A stretch of 23,520 bases of DNA from Caedimonas varicaedens (GTDB taxonomy: Bacteria; Pseudomonadota; Alphaproteobacteria; Caedimonadales; Caedimonadaceae): assembly GCA_001192655.1 (NCBI GenBank), contig BBVC01000092.1, positions 1 to 23,520 of the forward strand, in the 5' to 3' direction. A model generated the notes under the pieces. That model was given only the letters and a program-made list of their open reading frames with translations, had not been told where the DNA came from and ran no database searches. Below are positions 9,020-18,101 of the stretch, piece by piece. A program made the position numbers and the translations under genes. Every line of letters starts with the position of its first letter. The first letter of the stretch is position 1.

Positions 9020-9469
9020 GTGCAGATGCAAGGATTTTATTTGGGGAAATATAAAATTAATGAGGTGGTTGGGATTATGATTTTTCACGATAGCGCTGCT
9101 TTTGCACGTACTGAACAAAAAGACCTGGCTCTTTCGGATACTTTCAAGACAATGGGTCTTCAGATTGTAAAGCAGATGAAGAAGTATAGTTCTCGACTAT
9201 GCACCAAGCCCTGGAACTATAAAACGGCTCTCCGAGATCTTCCTTGTCAAGTCGGAAGCTTGACAAAGCTTGTGATGCAGTTGGAAGGAGAACGTTATCG
9301 CCACAACAAAACTAACGCGGAAATAAAAGAAGAAATAGGAGACGAACTGGCGGATATTCTTTCTCTCGTCGTTTTCATCGCGCATGAATTGAATATCGAT
9401 CTCAATGATGCCTGGGAAGGGATGCACAAGAGTGATGAGAACAAATTGTCCACACGCTCTTCTCCATAA
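9020..9469 (+). CDS. MazG-like nucleotide pyrophosphohydrolase (small all-alpha YpjD/MazG type)
   Basis: The C-terminal EEIGDELADILSLVVFIAHELNIDLNDAWEGMHKSDENK is the metal-binding EExxD/E helix pair typical of MazG-like proteins. The start is uncertain. Candidates are GTG 9020 (AAGG 6 nt upstream), ATG 9026, or ATG 9077 (GAGGTGG upstream, giving MIFHDS...). Confidence 0.7.
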   Translation: MQMQGFYLGKYKINEVVGIMIFHDSAAFARTEQKDLALSDTFKTMGLQIVKQMKKYSSRLCTKPWNYKTALRDLPCQVGSLTKLVMQLEGERYRHNKTNAEIKEEIGDELADILSLVVFIAHELNIDLNDAWEGMHKSDENKLSTRSSP

Positions 9470-9490
9470 AATTAAAATTCTATTTTAACT

Positions 9491-9775
9491 CTAGCTTGAG
9501 GTTATTTTGGAAAGACCTCGGCGTTTTCGAGGATGGGTATGCAGCTCATAGGGGTAAAGACGAAAGCGTGCCTCTTGAAGACCACCTGAATAAAGACTGA
9601 AATTATGGGTGATCAGTTTGGCTGTACAGCCCTCGACTGAGCATTGAAAGCTGAGCTGTTTGACGCCCGTGGGCAGACGTTTGTCTCCAAAAGTATAATC
9701 CCAGGCTTCGGCAACCGTGATAATGCGTCCCAATTCAGGGCAATAGGCCTGCTGAGTATTGGTCTTGTTGGCCAT
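9491..9775 (-). CDS. Hypothetical small protein (94 aa) with a Cys/His pattern; no family recognised
   Basis: The track ORF is 9491-9796 with a TTG start. The internal ATG at 9773-9775 is preceded by GAGGGA (MANKTNTQQAYCPELGRII...FQCSVEGCTAKLITHNF...YELHTHPRKRRG). It lies 72 nt downstream of ftsZ on the same strand and converges on the MazG-like gene. Coding status is not proven. Confidence 0.45.
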   Translation of the reverse strand: MANKTNTQQAYCPELGRIITVAEAWDYTFGDKRLPTGVKQLSFQCSVEGCTAKLITHNFSLYSGGLQEARFRLYPYELHTHPRKRRGLSKITSS

Positions 9776-9868
9776 GATCGTTTCCCTCTGAAACAAAAAT
9801 GACGTAGCACGGCTCTGGGCTGCTGGTGGCGCTTTAAATGTTTTGTCGGATTTTTTACCTTGTCATTC

Positions 9869-11362
9869 CTACTTTACGCGTCGCCTTAAAAAAGCCGGAA
9901 TTTCAAGGGCATCTTGCTCATGATTGTTGGTGCGATCCTTGACATTTGTATAGACTTTTGTATCTTCGGAAGGATTCTCTTCCTTGAAAGGTTGGCTCTC
10001 AGGATTTTGAGGACCCTCATGATAAGAACGACCTCCCCCTCGAACAGTTTCGGCAACACGTTCAAAAAAGCTCATCTTGCGTGGCTTGAGTTGCATTTGA
10101 AAACTATGATCTTCTTCTCTCTCTTCCAAAGAAAGAGACTCTTCCATGTCAGATATTTTTTGCTCTGCCACAGCTTCTTCAACCTCTGGTTCCAAAGATT
10201 TTTCAGGAGCAGAATGATAATGAGTGCTAAAAATATCATTTTCCTCTTCGACTTTGGTTTCTTCTTCACGTTTGCGCGTAAAAAAACCTTTTGATACAAT
10301 ACTTTGCTGCTCTTCCGAGTAAGACGGAGATGAAGGAAAAGAAGCAACATTAGAGCCTGCCTCATTCACTTTGGTTTTCTGTAGAATACTGACCTGCTCA
10401 ATCCCTGTTGCAACAACAGAAACACGAATTTTTCCTTCCATCGCTTCATTAAAAGTAGACCCAAAAATAATATTGGCATCCGGATCGACTTCCTCACGCA
10501 CACGGTTAGCAGCTTCATCCACTTCAAAGAGTGTCATGTCCATACCACCCGTGATATTAATTAAAACACCGCGCGCACCCTTCATTGTCACATCTTCAAG
10601 CAATGGATTGGAAATAGCCGCCTCAGCTGCAGCAATGGATCGACCTTCTCCCGAAGCTTCACCTGTCCCCATCATGGCTTTCCCCATCTCCATCATCACT
10701 GCACGAATATCAGCAAAATCAAGATTGATCAGTCCCGGCATAATCATCAAATCTGTTACGCCCCGCACACCTGCATGAAGGACCTGATCCGCTAAACCAA
10801 AAGCATCTGCAAAAGTTGTTTTCTCATTGGCAATACGGAAAAGATTCTGGTTGGGGATAATAATAAGAGTATCCACATATTGCGCCAATTCCTCGATGCC
10901 ATTCTCGGCATTGCGCATTCGGTGCTTGCCTTCAAAAGTGAAGGGTTTCGTCACCACAGCCACTGTCAGAATCCCCTGCTCTCGCGCTGCCTGGGCTATA
11001 ACAGGAGCTGAGCCTGTTCCTGTACCACCTCCCATACCGCCCGTCACAAAAACCATATTGCTTCCTTCAATGGAATGAAGGATCTGCTCCAGTGATTCTT
11101 CAGCAGCTGCCCGTCCTACTTCAGGACGAGAACCAGCGCCCAAACCCTGAGTCACGCGATGCCCCAACTGAATACGCCGTTCTGCCAAACTCTGACCCAA
11201 AGCCTGAGCATCTGTGTTGCATACCACAAACTCAACACCCTGAAGTCCAGATTTTATCATGTTATTGACAGCATTTCCTCCAGCACCTCCAATACCCACC
11301 ACCGTGATCTTTGGACGCAATTCAATGAGATCAGAAGGGTTACTCGTTGAAATTATTGGCAT
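9869..11362 (-). CDS. ftsZ: Cell division GTPase FtsZ
   Basis: 497-aa ORF. Tubulin signature [14 protein letters not shown]-terminal [17 protein letters not shown]7 loop region NLDFADIR. It has a long acidic linker and a conserved C-terminal peptide, [14 protein letters not shown]. Confidence 0.97.
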   Translation of the reverse strand: MPIISTSNPSDLIELRPKITVVGIGGAGGNAVNNMIKSGLQGVEFVVCNTDAQALGQSLAERRIQLGHRVTQGLGAGSRPEVGRAAAEESLEQILHSIEGSNMVFVTGGMGGGTGTGSAPVIAQAAREQGILTVAVVTKPFTFEGKHRMRNAENGIEELAQYVDTLIIIPNQNLFRIANEKTTFADAFGLADQVLHAGVRGVTDLMIMPGLINLDFADIRAVMMEMGKAMMGTGEASGEGRSIAAAEAAISNPLLEDVTMKGARGVLINITGGMDMTLFEVDEAANRVREEVDPDANIIFGSTFNEAMEGKIRVSVVATGIEQVSILQKTKVNEAGSNVASFPSSPSYSEEQQSIVSKGFFTRKREEETKVEEENDIFSTHYHSAPEKSLEPEVEEAVAEQKISDMEESLSLEEREEDHSFQMQLKPRKMSFFERVAETVRGGGRSYHEGPQNPESQPFKEENPSEDTKVYTNVKDRTNNHEQDALEIPAFLRRRVK

Positions 11363-11430
11363 TCTTATCTCCAGTTATATGTAAAAAAGTTTAGCATTAT
11401 TGATACTGTAAAATAGATTGAGAAATAATT

Positions 11431-12705
11431 CTACAAATTCTCACGTAACCATCCCCCAATTCTTTCAAAAAAAAGCAAAGGTTCTTTTGTTGATTTTGTT
11501 TGAGGCATCCCCATCCGTCTATATTCATTCTGTCCATATAAAATAAGTCCCATTGTACTAGCGAATTCAGGCATCCTGGCATTTTGTGCAAGCTTATTAA
11601 TTTTTATGGGTTTTCCCAATCTTCCCTGCTTATCAAGGATAAGGTTGGCCATATGTAAAATTCCTGAAAGCTGGCTGGCTCCGCCCGTCAATACCAAACG
11701 CTTTCCCGCAACTTTATCAGCATCACACTCTCTCAGGCGTTCCCGAACAAGCTCAAATGTTTCTTCGATCCGAGGACGAATAATGCGGTAAAGTTCAGCT
11801 CGGGTAAATTGGGTTCCCTTATGATTCTCGTCTTCCCCAATTTGCGGAACAAGTATTTTTTCACGTTCATTGCTACTTGAAAGCATCGCAGAGCCATAAA
11901 GCGTCTTGAGCCTTTCCGCATGAATCATCGGCGTTGAAAGTCCGCGCGCCACATCACCTGTTACATGAGAGCCACCCACATTAACGTGATCCGTATGGTA
12001 AAGCTTTCCATCATGAAAGATAGCGATGGATGTACATCCTGCCCCCATATCAACAAGAGTCACGCCTAATTCCATTTCATCATCGACCAAAGTCGAAAGC
12101 CCCGATGCGTAACCAGACACAACGAATCCTGCGATTTCCAGATGGCAACGTTCAATACATGCGGCAAAATTGCGCAACATCCCGGAATGACCTGTCACGA
12201 TATAAATGTTTGCTCCAAGGCGATCGCCAAACATCCCTCGCGGATCACGAATCCCGCGTGATCCATCAATTTCATAGGAAACAGGAATCGCATGAATCAC
12301 ATGTTGTCCTGGCTTCTCAAGACCTTGGCATACTTGCGAGACCATCTTGCGTACATCAGCTTCATCAATGGGATGTCCTGAAATGGCTGTCTCAACACTC
12401 ACAGGATGAGACTCCGTAATGGCGGGAGAAATACAGACAAAGACCTCGGAAATCGTCTCTTCTGCCATCTTTTCTGCCGCGTGCACAGCCGCAGCTACCG
12501 AAGTCGCCAATGCTTCCATATCAACAATGGCACCATTTCTAAGCCCTCGTGAAGCCTGGTGACCAAATCCAACAAGCTCAGGAATACCAGAAGGGTTAAG
12601 ACGTGCAATCGCACAGGAAACCTTGCTGGAACCAATATCAAGTCCTGCGATCAATCCCCCGGATGGTGGTTTTATTAAACGGCGGCGAACATTAAAAAGC
12701 TTCAT
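11431..12705 (-). CDS. ftsA: Cell division protein FtsA (actin-like ATPase)
   Basis: 424-aa ORF. Actin-fold phosphate-1 motif LIAGLDIGSSKVSCAIA, then LVDMGAGCTSIAIF and LVLTGGASQLSGI. Its start overlaps the ftsQ stop (TGATG). Confidence 0.95.
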   Translation of the reverse strand: MKLFNVRRRLIKPPSGGLIAGLDIGSSKVSCAIARLNPSGIPELVGFGHQASRGLRNGAIVDMEALATSVAAAVHAAEKMAEETISEVFVCISPAITESHPVSVETAISGHPIDEADVRKMVSQVCQGLEKPGQHVIHAIPVSYEIDGSRGIRDPRGMFGDRLGANIYIVTGHSGMLRNFAACIERCHLEIAGFVVSGYASGLSTLVDDEMELGVTLVDMGAGCTSIAIFHDGKLYHTDHVNVGGSHVTGDVARGLSTPMIHAERLKTLYGSAMLSSSNEREKILVPQIGEDENHKGTQFTRAELYRIIRPRIEETFELVRERLRECDADKVAGKRLVLTGGASQLSGILHMANLILDKQGRLGKPIKINKLAQNARMPEFASTMGLILYGQNEYRRMGMPQTKSTKEPLLFFERIGGWLRENL

Positions 12706-13592
12706 CAGGCATTCTTCCCCGGAATCTTTTTTTTACGCTCAAGTGCTTCAGGAGAAAGCTGAAAGTACACACGATCCTTAAAACGCAAGTCGATTCCTAC
12801 AATTTCTTTATCCTCCAGTTTATGCGCTTGAGCCAACTTTGAAAAGGATTCTAAGCTTCCTTTCATATCAAATTCAGACAATTTAAGCCTAAGCTTATGA
12901 TCTATCAGGATATCCCATCGACGATTACTGATACAAATAGCCCCCGTTACTTTTTTCGCAATGTCAGGAAAATCAGCCAAAACGTCAATCAGAGTTGACG
13001 CTTTTTTAGGAGCTCCTTCTCCTGTCAAGACAAGAAGTCCCCCCCGAGGATAGTCAGAGATATTATCAAGCACCTTACCCTGATCATCCACAAGATACAG
13101 TTTTCCCTTATTTTGCCATAAAGCAATGGGGTGTCGTTCAGAAAGCCTAACATAGAGAGTCTCTGGAAGTCGGCGTTGAACAGACGCTGACCGCACCCAG
13201 GGCAAAGCTTCAAGCGCTTTCTTGGCATCCGGTAAGGAACATGAGAAAATTGAACTGCCACGATCCACATTTAATATTTGCAAAATTTCCTTTTGGGGTG
13301 TGAGGAAGCGCCCTTCCACAACTACGTCTTCAACGCCCAAACCCAAAGAAGCAACAGCTCTGTGACTCAAGTGATTTAACTGATTAAATGTGTGCAAGAT
13401 ATATCCAGACGACCATAAATAATAAGGAACAAAAAGGAAAAGTAAAATAATACCAAAAATGCCTGTTTTTCTGATAATCGTCCAAATACCAGACCATGAG
13501 ATCCCAGTTTTTTTGCGAGTACGCAGCGAGGACGGTTTCTTTTTAACCTGCCTTGATCCTAGCTGAAGCGAGAGGGATTTTCGACCACCCAT
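12705..13592 (-). CDS. ftsQ: Cell division protein FtsQ (POTRA plus FtsQ domain)
   Basis: 295-aa ORF. It has a basic N-terminus, a single TM helix (GIFGIILLFLFVPYYLW), a POTRA-like VVVEGRFLTPQKEILQILNV and a periplasmic FtsQ-type domain. It sits between ddl and ftsA. The ATG at 13590-13592 overlaps the ddl 3' end by 34 nt, and I found no in-frame ATG/GTG/TTG alternative just downstream. Confidence 0.85.
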   Translation of the reverse strand: MGGRKSLSLQLGSRQVKKKPSSLRTRKKTGISWSGIWTIIRKTGIFGIILLFLFVPYYLWSSGYILHTFNQLNHLSHRAVASLGLGVEDVVVEGRFLTPQKEILQILNVDRGSSIFSCSLPDAKKALEALPWVRSASVQRRLPETLYVRLSERHPIALWQNKGKLYLVDDQGKVLDNISDYPRGGLLVLTGEGAPKKASTLIDVLADFPDIAKKVTGAICISNRRWDILIDHKLRLKLSEFDMKGSLESFSKLAQAHKLEDKEIVGIDLRFKDRVYFQLSPEALERKKKIPGKNA

Positions 13593-14593
13593 TCCTTAGA
13601 TTCTCCATAAGGGGCTGTATGCTCAAAGGGGTGCGAAGTCATAACCGCTTGCGAAACAAGATGGCGAGGATTCTTAATCATCCATTCGACTAAATCACCG
13701 TAAGACATACCATGATAAGCAACAATTTCAGGGACAAGAGATAAAGGCGTCAAACCAGGCTGTGTATTCACTTCCAGAACATAAAAAATCCCCGGCTCGC
13801 CTTTTGTATCATCGTAACGCATATCCACACGCGTTACGCCTTCACATCCCAAAGCATCATGAGCGCGTTTTGCAAGATCAAGCGCCATTTGATAAGCCTG
13901 TGGGTGGATAGGGGCTGGCATTAAATGCTTGGCCTTGCCGTCCGTGTATTTAGTTGTATAATCATAAAATCCTGCATGCGGGCAAATTTCAATGGCTCCC
14001 CAGACACGATCTCCCAAGACAGCAACCTGAATTTCGCGTCCCGGAATATAGCGTTCAATCAAAACCTGGTCACCATATTCCCAGGTATCTTCAATATCTC
14101 TTAACTGCGCTTCATCGGTAATAATATGAACACCAAGACTTGAACCTTCCTGCAGCGGTTTAATAACATAGGGACAAGGCATGATACCACCCGCCATAAC
14201 CCGAGATCGCTCTGCAACAAATCCTTCGGGACAGGGAATCCCCTCATCCTTAAATATTTTTCTTGCAAAAGGCTTGTCCATGGCAAGAGCAGAAGCAAGC
14301 ACGCCTGAATTCGTATAGGGCAGACCCAACATCTCCAATAATCCTTGCAAACATCCATCTTCTCCCCATCGTCCGTGCATGGCGTTCATGAAAACAACGT
14401 CCGCTCTTGCCTGTAACAGCTTCTGAAGAAATTCCTTGAGGTCACGGGTTAAATCAATGGGGATAACTTCATACCCTCGCTCGGCAAGAGCTTTGATGAC
14501 CCCTTGCGCACTTGACAAGGAAACCTCGCGCTCTCCTGACCAGCCACCCATAATAACAGCCACACGCTTTACTTTTTTTTGTCCTATAGTCAT
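13559..14593 (-). CDS. ddl: D-alanine--D-alanine ligase
   Basis: 344-aa ORF. N-terminal VAVIMGGWSGEREVSLSSA, then FMNAMHGRWGEDGCLQGLLEMLGLPYTNSG and an ATP-grasp core (PYVIKPLQEGSSLGV..., VLEVNTQPGLT). Confidence 0.95.
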   Translation of the reverse strand: MTIGQKKVKRVAVIMGGWSGEREVSLSSAQGVIKALAERGYEVIPIDLTRDLKEFLQKLLQARADVVFMNAMHGRWGEDGCLQGLLEMLGLPYTNSGVLASALAMDKPFARKIFKDEGIPCPEGFVAERSRVMAGGIMPCPYVIKPLQEGSSLGVHIITDEAQLRDIEDTWEYGDQVLIERYIPGREIQVAVLGDRVWGAIEICPHAGFYDYTTKYTDGKAKHLMPAPIHPQAYQMALDLAKRAHDALGCEGVTRVDMRYDDTKGEPGIFYVLEVNTQPGLTPLSLVPEIVAYHGMSYGDLVEWMIKNPRHLVSQAVMTSHPFEHTAPYGESKEWVVENPSRFS

Positions 14594-15558
14594 GCTGCTT
14601 CTTCTTTCAATCCTCGAGAAACGTCAGAGATCCCAACACGTTTAATTTCCCATTGTAAATGAATGCCAGAGGTCTGTAAAACACGCTTTCGGACTTCTTC
14701 CCCCAGGTTTTCCAGTTCTGCTGCCGTCGCGCCACCTGTATTCACCAAAAAATTACAATGAAGCTCTGAAACCTGTGCTCCACCCCATCGTAATCCGCGA
14801 CAGCCCGCCTTATCAATCAGCTCCCAACACTTATACCCTACAGGGTTGGCAAACGTGCTGCCCCCTGTACGTGTACTCACAGGTTGCGTTTTTTCCCGCT
14901 CTGACAACAGGGACTGAAGGCGTCTCCGAATAATGCTTGTATTGCCAGATCGCGCTTTCAAACGAGCACCGACAAAAATCCAATCTTCAGGAACTGAACA
15001 ATGACGATATGTAAAGCCCATTTCCCCATTTGTCAAAGCATGAAATTTTCCCTGTTCATCTAAAGCAAAAGCCACATCAAGAATGTCTTTCATTTCAGAG
15101 CCATAGCACCCAGCATTCATTCTAAGAGCCCCACCAATCGTTCCAGGAATACCACAAAGATATTCCAGATCTTTTAAAGCTTCCTCACAAGCCACCATAG
15201 AAATGAACCGATCAAGAACCCCCGCTCCAACATCTATTTTCATGCCAGAGACAGCAACATTGGTAAACCCCTTGCCAAGGCGGATTGTTACCCCTGGGAT
15301 TCCGCCATCACGCACGAGAAGATTTGAACCGACACCAAAAACAAAAACGGGAATATCTTTTGGCTTTTGCTTAAGAAAAAAAGCCAGATCCTCTACATCC
15401 GCAGGCTTGAATAAAACTTGCGCTGCTCCCCCTACCTGGAACCAAGTCAAGCGCGAAAGATCAACTTCTACACTATAACGTCCTCGAACTTTAGGTAAAC
15501 GATCAAGAATCGTTAAATGAGGAGATATCTTCGTAATATCACAGATTGGCTTGCTCAT
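14590..15558 (-). CDS. murB: UDP-N-acetylenolpyruvoylglucosamine reductase
   Basis: 322-aa ORF. FAD-binding PCMH-type region (TWFQVGGAAQVLFKP..., VFGVGSNLLVRDGGIPGV) and a C-terminal MurB domain (GGSTFANP..., GGAQVSELHCNFLVN). 4-nt overlap with the ddl start. Confidence 0.95.
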   Translation of the reverse strand: MSKPICDITKISPHLTILDRLPKVRGRYSVEVDLSRLTWFQVGGAAQVLFKPADVEDLAFFLKQKPKDIPVFVFGVGSNLLVRDGGIPGVTIRLGKGFTNVAVSGMKIDVGAGVLDRFISMVACEEALKDLEYLCGIPGTIGGALRMNAGCYGSEMKDILDVAFALDEQGKFHALTNGEMGFTYRHCSVPEDWIFVGARLKARSGNTSIIRRRLQSLLSEREKTQPVSTRTGGSTFANPVGYKCWELIDKAGCRGLRWGGAQVSELHCNFLVNTGGATAAELENLGEEVRKRVLQTSGIHLQWEIKRVGISDVSRGLKEEAA

Positions 15559-17007
15559 CTATGTCCCTGTCCTTACTCTGCTCTGAGCAGCATTTATCAG
15601 TTCTTGTGGCAAAGCATGAGCCCAAGTCGTAATCGTCCCTGCACCCATACAAATCACAAGATCTCCCGGTTTTGAAATGTTTAAAATTGTCTGTGCCAAT
15701 TCTTCCCGATGCTCAACTATCAAGGAAGACTCGCCTCGATGAAGCGCTATATCCTGAGCTAAACGATCATGGGTCAATTCCGCACGAGGTTCTTCGCCTG
15801 CTCCATAAATAGGTGTCACGATAACTTGATCCGCATCCTCAAAACACATACAAAAATCTTGATAAAGGTCTTTAAGCCTTGAATAACGATGGGGCTGCAT
15901 CACAGCAATAATCTGTCCCTGGGAAACAAGGCGAGCTGTTTTGAGAACAGCCCGTATTTCTTGAGGATGGTGGGCATAATCGTCAATAACTGTAATGCCG
16001 CAAGCTTCACCAGCGCGGGTGAAGCGCCGCCCTACTCCTTTAAAAGTTGACAATCCATGACGAATTTTATCGGGTTCAACACTTAATTCCAGAGCCATTG
16101 CAATCGTTGAAAGAGCATTCTGAACATTATGAGCCCCCAACATAGAAAGACGAACTCGGTCCAATCGTTCAACACGCGGCGCATTTTTGCATAACATATG
16201 AAAACGCGATGAAATCACCACATCAAAAGTGGAACCCTCTGCATCCAAAACCATTTCTTCTGCCCGAATATCAGCATCCTGGTCAAAGCCATACGTCACA
16301 ACACGCCGATCTGTCAGCAAGGGAAGCAGGGATCTCACCTCAGGATGGTCAATACATAAAATCCCCAAACCATAAAAAGGCAGATTTTCAATAAACGTTA
16401 TAAAGGCCTGACGTAAAGCTTCAAAAGAGCCGTAGTGTTCCATATGCTCAGGATCAATATTCGTGACAACAGCAATAGTGGCAGGCAACTTCGTAAAGGT
16501 ACCATCTGACTCATCCGCTTCCACGATGACCCATTCTCCTGTCCCCAAACGCGCATTTGTACCATAGGCGTTAATAATACCACCACTCACAACAGTAGGA
16601 TCAAGTCCTCCCGCCTCTAATACTCTAGCCCCCAAAGAAGTTGTCGAGGTTTTTCCATGAGTTCCTGCAACAGCAATAGAAGGCTTCAAACGCATAAGTT
16701 CGGCTAGCATCTCGGCGCGATGTACAACAGGCAGGGAAAGAGCGCGTGCAGCACAAAGCTCTACATTATGGGATTTTATATCTGAAGAGACAACAACCAC
16801 CGCAGCGTCCTGAACATACGCAGCATCATGACCGGTAAAAATAGGGATTCCTAAAAGACGCAGACGCTGAACATTGGCATTCTCACTGATATCACTACCA
16901 CGAACAAAATAACCAAGCGTATGCAAAACCTCTGCAATACCGCTCATCCCAATGCCGCCAATACCGATGAAATGAATGATACCAACTGATTGGGGAACAA
17001 CGTACAT
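15559..17007 (-). CDS. murC: UDP-N-acetylmuramate--L-alanine ligase
   Basis: 482-aa ORF. N-terminal Rossmann IHFIGIGGIGMSGIAEVL and Mur ligase P-loop AVAGTHGKTSTTSL, followed by Mur ligase middle and C domains (DDYAHHP). Confidence 0.95.
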   Translation of the reverse strand: MYVVPQSVGIIHFIGIGGIGMSGIAEVLHTLGYFVRGSDISENANVQRLRLLGIPIFTGHDAAYVQDAAVVVVSSDIKSHNVELCAARALSLPVVHRAEMLAELMRLKPSIAVAGTHGKTSTTSLGARVLEAGGLDPTVVSGGIINAYGTNARLGTGEWVIVEADESDGTFTKLPATIAVVTNIDPEHMEHYGSFEALRQAFITFIENLPFYGLGILCIDHPEVRSLLPLLTDRRVVTYGFDQDADIRAEEMVLDAEGSTFDVVISSRFHMLCKNAPRVERLDRVRLSMLGAHNVQNALSTIAMALELSVEPDKIRHGLSTFKGVGRRFTRAGEACGITVIDDYAHHPQEIRAVLKTARLVSQGQIIAVMQPHRYSRLKDLYQDFCMCFEDADQVIVTPIYGAGEEPRAELTHDRLAQDIALHRGESSLIVEHREELAQTILNISKPGDLVICMGAGTITTWAHALPQELINAAQSRVRTGT

Positions 17008-17045
17008 AATTCTCTTCCTAAAAACTCACCTACGATATCATTACC

Positions 17046-18101
17046 CTAATGTGCAAAACATTCCAATACCAGTTTTGATAATTTCTGCGTCGCATTCTGA
17101 TGACTTTCTCGACGTGCTCCTTCAGCTGCCAAAATCAAGATAGAAGGGCAGGTCAACCCGCGCTCCAGAAAAGAAGCCACTCTTTCAGCCGTCAATATTT
17201 TTTGATTAAAAAGCCATCCCCCCCCTGCCATAACCGCCGCCTGTGCATTAGCTGTTTGATGATCATCTTGCGCCCCGGGAAAGGGAATAAAAAGAGCAGG
17301 GCGCCCCACGGTCATAACCTCTGCAATCGTGGAAGCCCCAGCTCTTGCAATCACGAGATGCGCGTTTTCCAAAAGCTCCGCAACATGACTAAAAAAAGGT
17401 GATACCAATGTTTTTGCGGCTGTTTTGCCATAAGCCTTTTTGACTTTTTCCACATCTTCTGCACAACACTGCTGCACAATATCCAGACGCTCCTGAAGAA
17501 ACACAGGGAGCAGCTGAACGGCCTGAGGAATAATTTCACCAAAAATTCTGGCACCCTGGCTTCCTCCAACAACAAACAGGTGAAAAACTTCTCTCCGTTT
17601 TGGCAAGGCATAATCAACGCTTTTAAAATCCCTGCGCAAGGGAATCCCCGTATGTATGCCAGAAAAATCAGTTTTTTCCATCTTGAACGTCAAGGCTACA
17701 CTTTTAGCCCAATGTACCAACAAACGATTCGTTCTTCCCAAAATAGCGTTTTGCTCGTGAATAATCAGCGGTATACGGAAAAGTCCAGCCAACAATCCCC
17801 ACGTCAGTGCAGGATACCCACCAAAACCAACAATGCCCTGTGGACGATATCTTATTATATCTCCCAAACCGCTGATAAAGCACCATACCAGCGAGAGGTA
17901 GAAGATGAAGAGATTGCGTCGACCTTGAAGAGGCAAAATTTTAAGAGGTGTGGCGACAGTAGAAGGAATAAGGCGTGCACCACGCGAATCCGTAAAAAAA
18001 AGAATGTCATGACCTTGCGCCTCAAGCTCTTGCGCCAAGCTCAACGCTGGAAAGACATGCCCCCCTGTCCCACCAGCAACAAGAATAATGGGGTTTTTCA
18101 T
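17046..18101 (-). CDS. murG: UDP-GlcNAc:lipid I N-acetylglucosaminyltransferase MurG
   Basis: 351-aa ORF. N-terminal G-loop ILVAGGTGGHVFPALSLAQEL and a GT28 C-domain (VVGGSQGAR..., ARAGASTIAEV..., DDHQTANA). 4-nt overlap with the ftsW stop. Confidence 0.95.
   Translation of the reverse strand: MKNPIILVAGGTGGHVFPALSLAQELEAQGHDILFFTDSRGARLIPSTVATPLKILPLQGRRNLFIFYLSLVWCFISGLGDIIRYRPQGIVGFGGYPALTWGLLAGLFRIPLIIHEQNAILGRTNRLLVHWAKSVALTFKMEKTDFSGIHTGIPLRRDFKSVDYALPKRREVFHLFVVGGSQGARIFGEIIPQAVQLLPVFLQERLDIVQQCCAEDVEKVKKAYGKTAAKTLVSPFFSHVAELLENAHLVIARAGASTIAEVMTVGRPALFIPFPGAQDDHQTANAQAAVMAGGGWLFNQKILTAERVASFLERGLTCPSILILAAEGARRESHQNATQKLSKLVLECFAH

Noticed and set aside
9516-9532. Hairpin CCTCG-GCGTTTT-CGAGG between the convergent MazG-like gene and the small ORF, considered as a bidirectional terminator
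   Set aside because: The stem is only 5 bp and there is no flanking U-run on either strand. It also lies inside the small ORF's coding region (RKRRGL).
9869-10400. Very long, acidic, E-rich C-terminal linker in FtsZ
   Set aside because: Long disordered linkers of about 150-170 aa before the conserved C-terminal peptide are a known normal feature of alphaproteobacterial FtsZ, for example in Caulobacter. This is not an anomaly.
10371-11350. Plus-strand ORFs (135, 83 and 63 aa) opposite ftsZ, and a minus-strand alternate-frame ORF at 10072-10365
   Set aside because: These are shadow ORFs of the highly conserved ftsZ reading frame.
13559-13592. 34-nt overlap between the ddl 3' end and the ftsQ 5' end, considered as a mis-called start or a frameshift
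   Set aside because: I read the region codon by codon. No in-frame ATG/GTG/TTG lies downstream of the ATG at 13592 before the TM segment, and both frames are intact. I found nothing here that suggests a mis-called start or a frameshift.
14573-14580. A8/T8 homopolymer at the 5' end of ddl, and an A8 tract at 7962-7969, considered as phase-variation tracts
   Set aside because: ddl is an essential housekeeping gene and the tract simply encodes Lys-Lys. The intergenic A8 is unremarkable in AT-rich DNA. There is no evidence of length-dependent switching.
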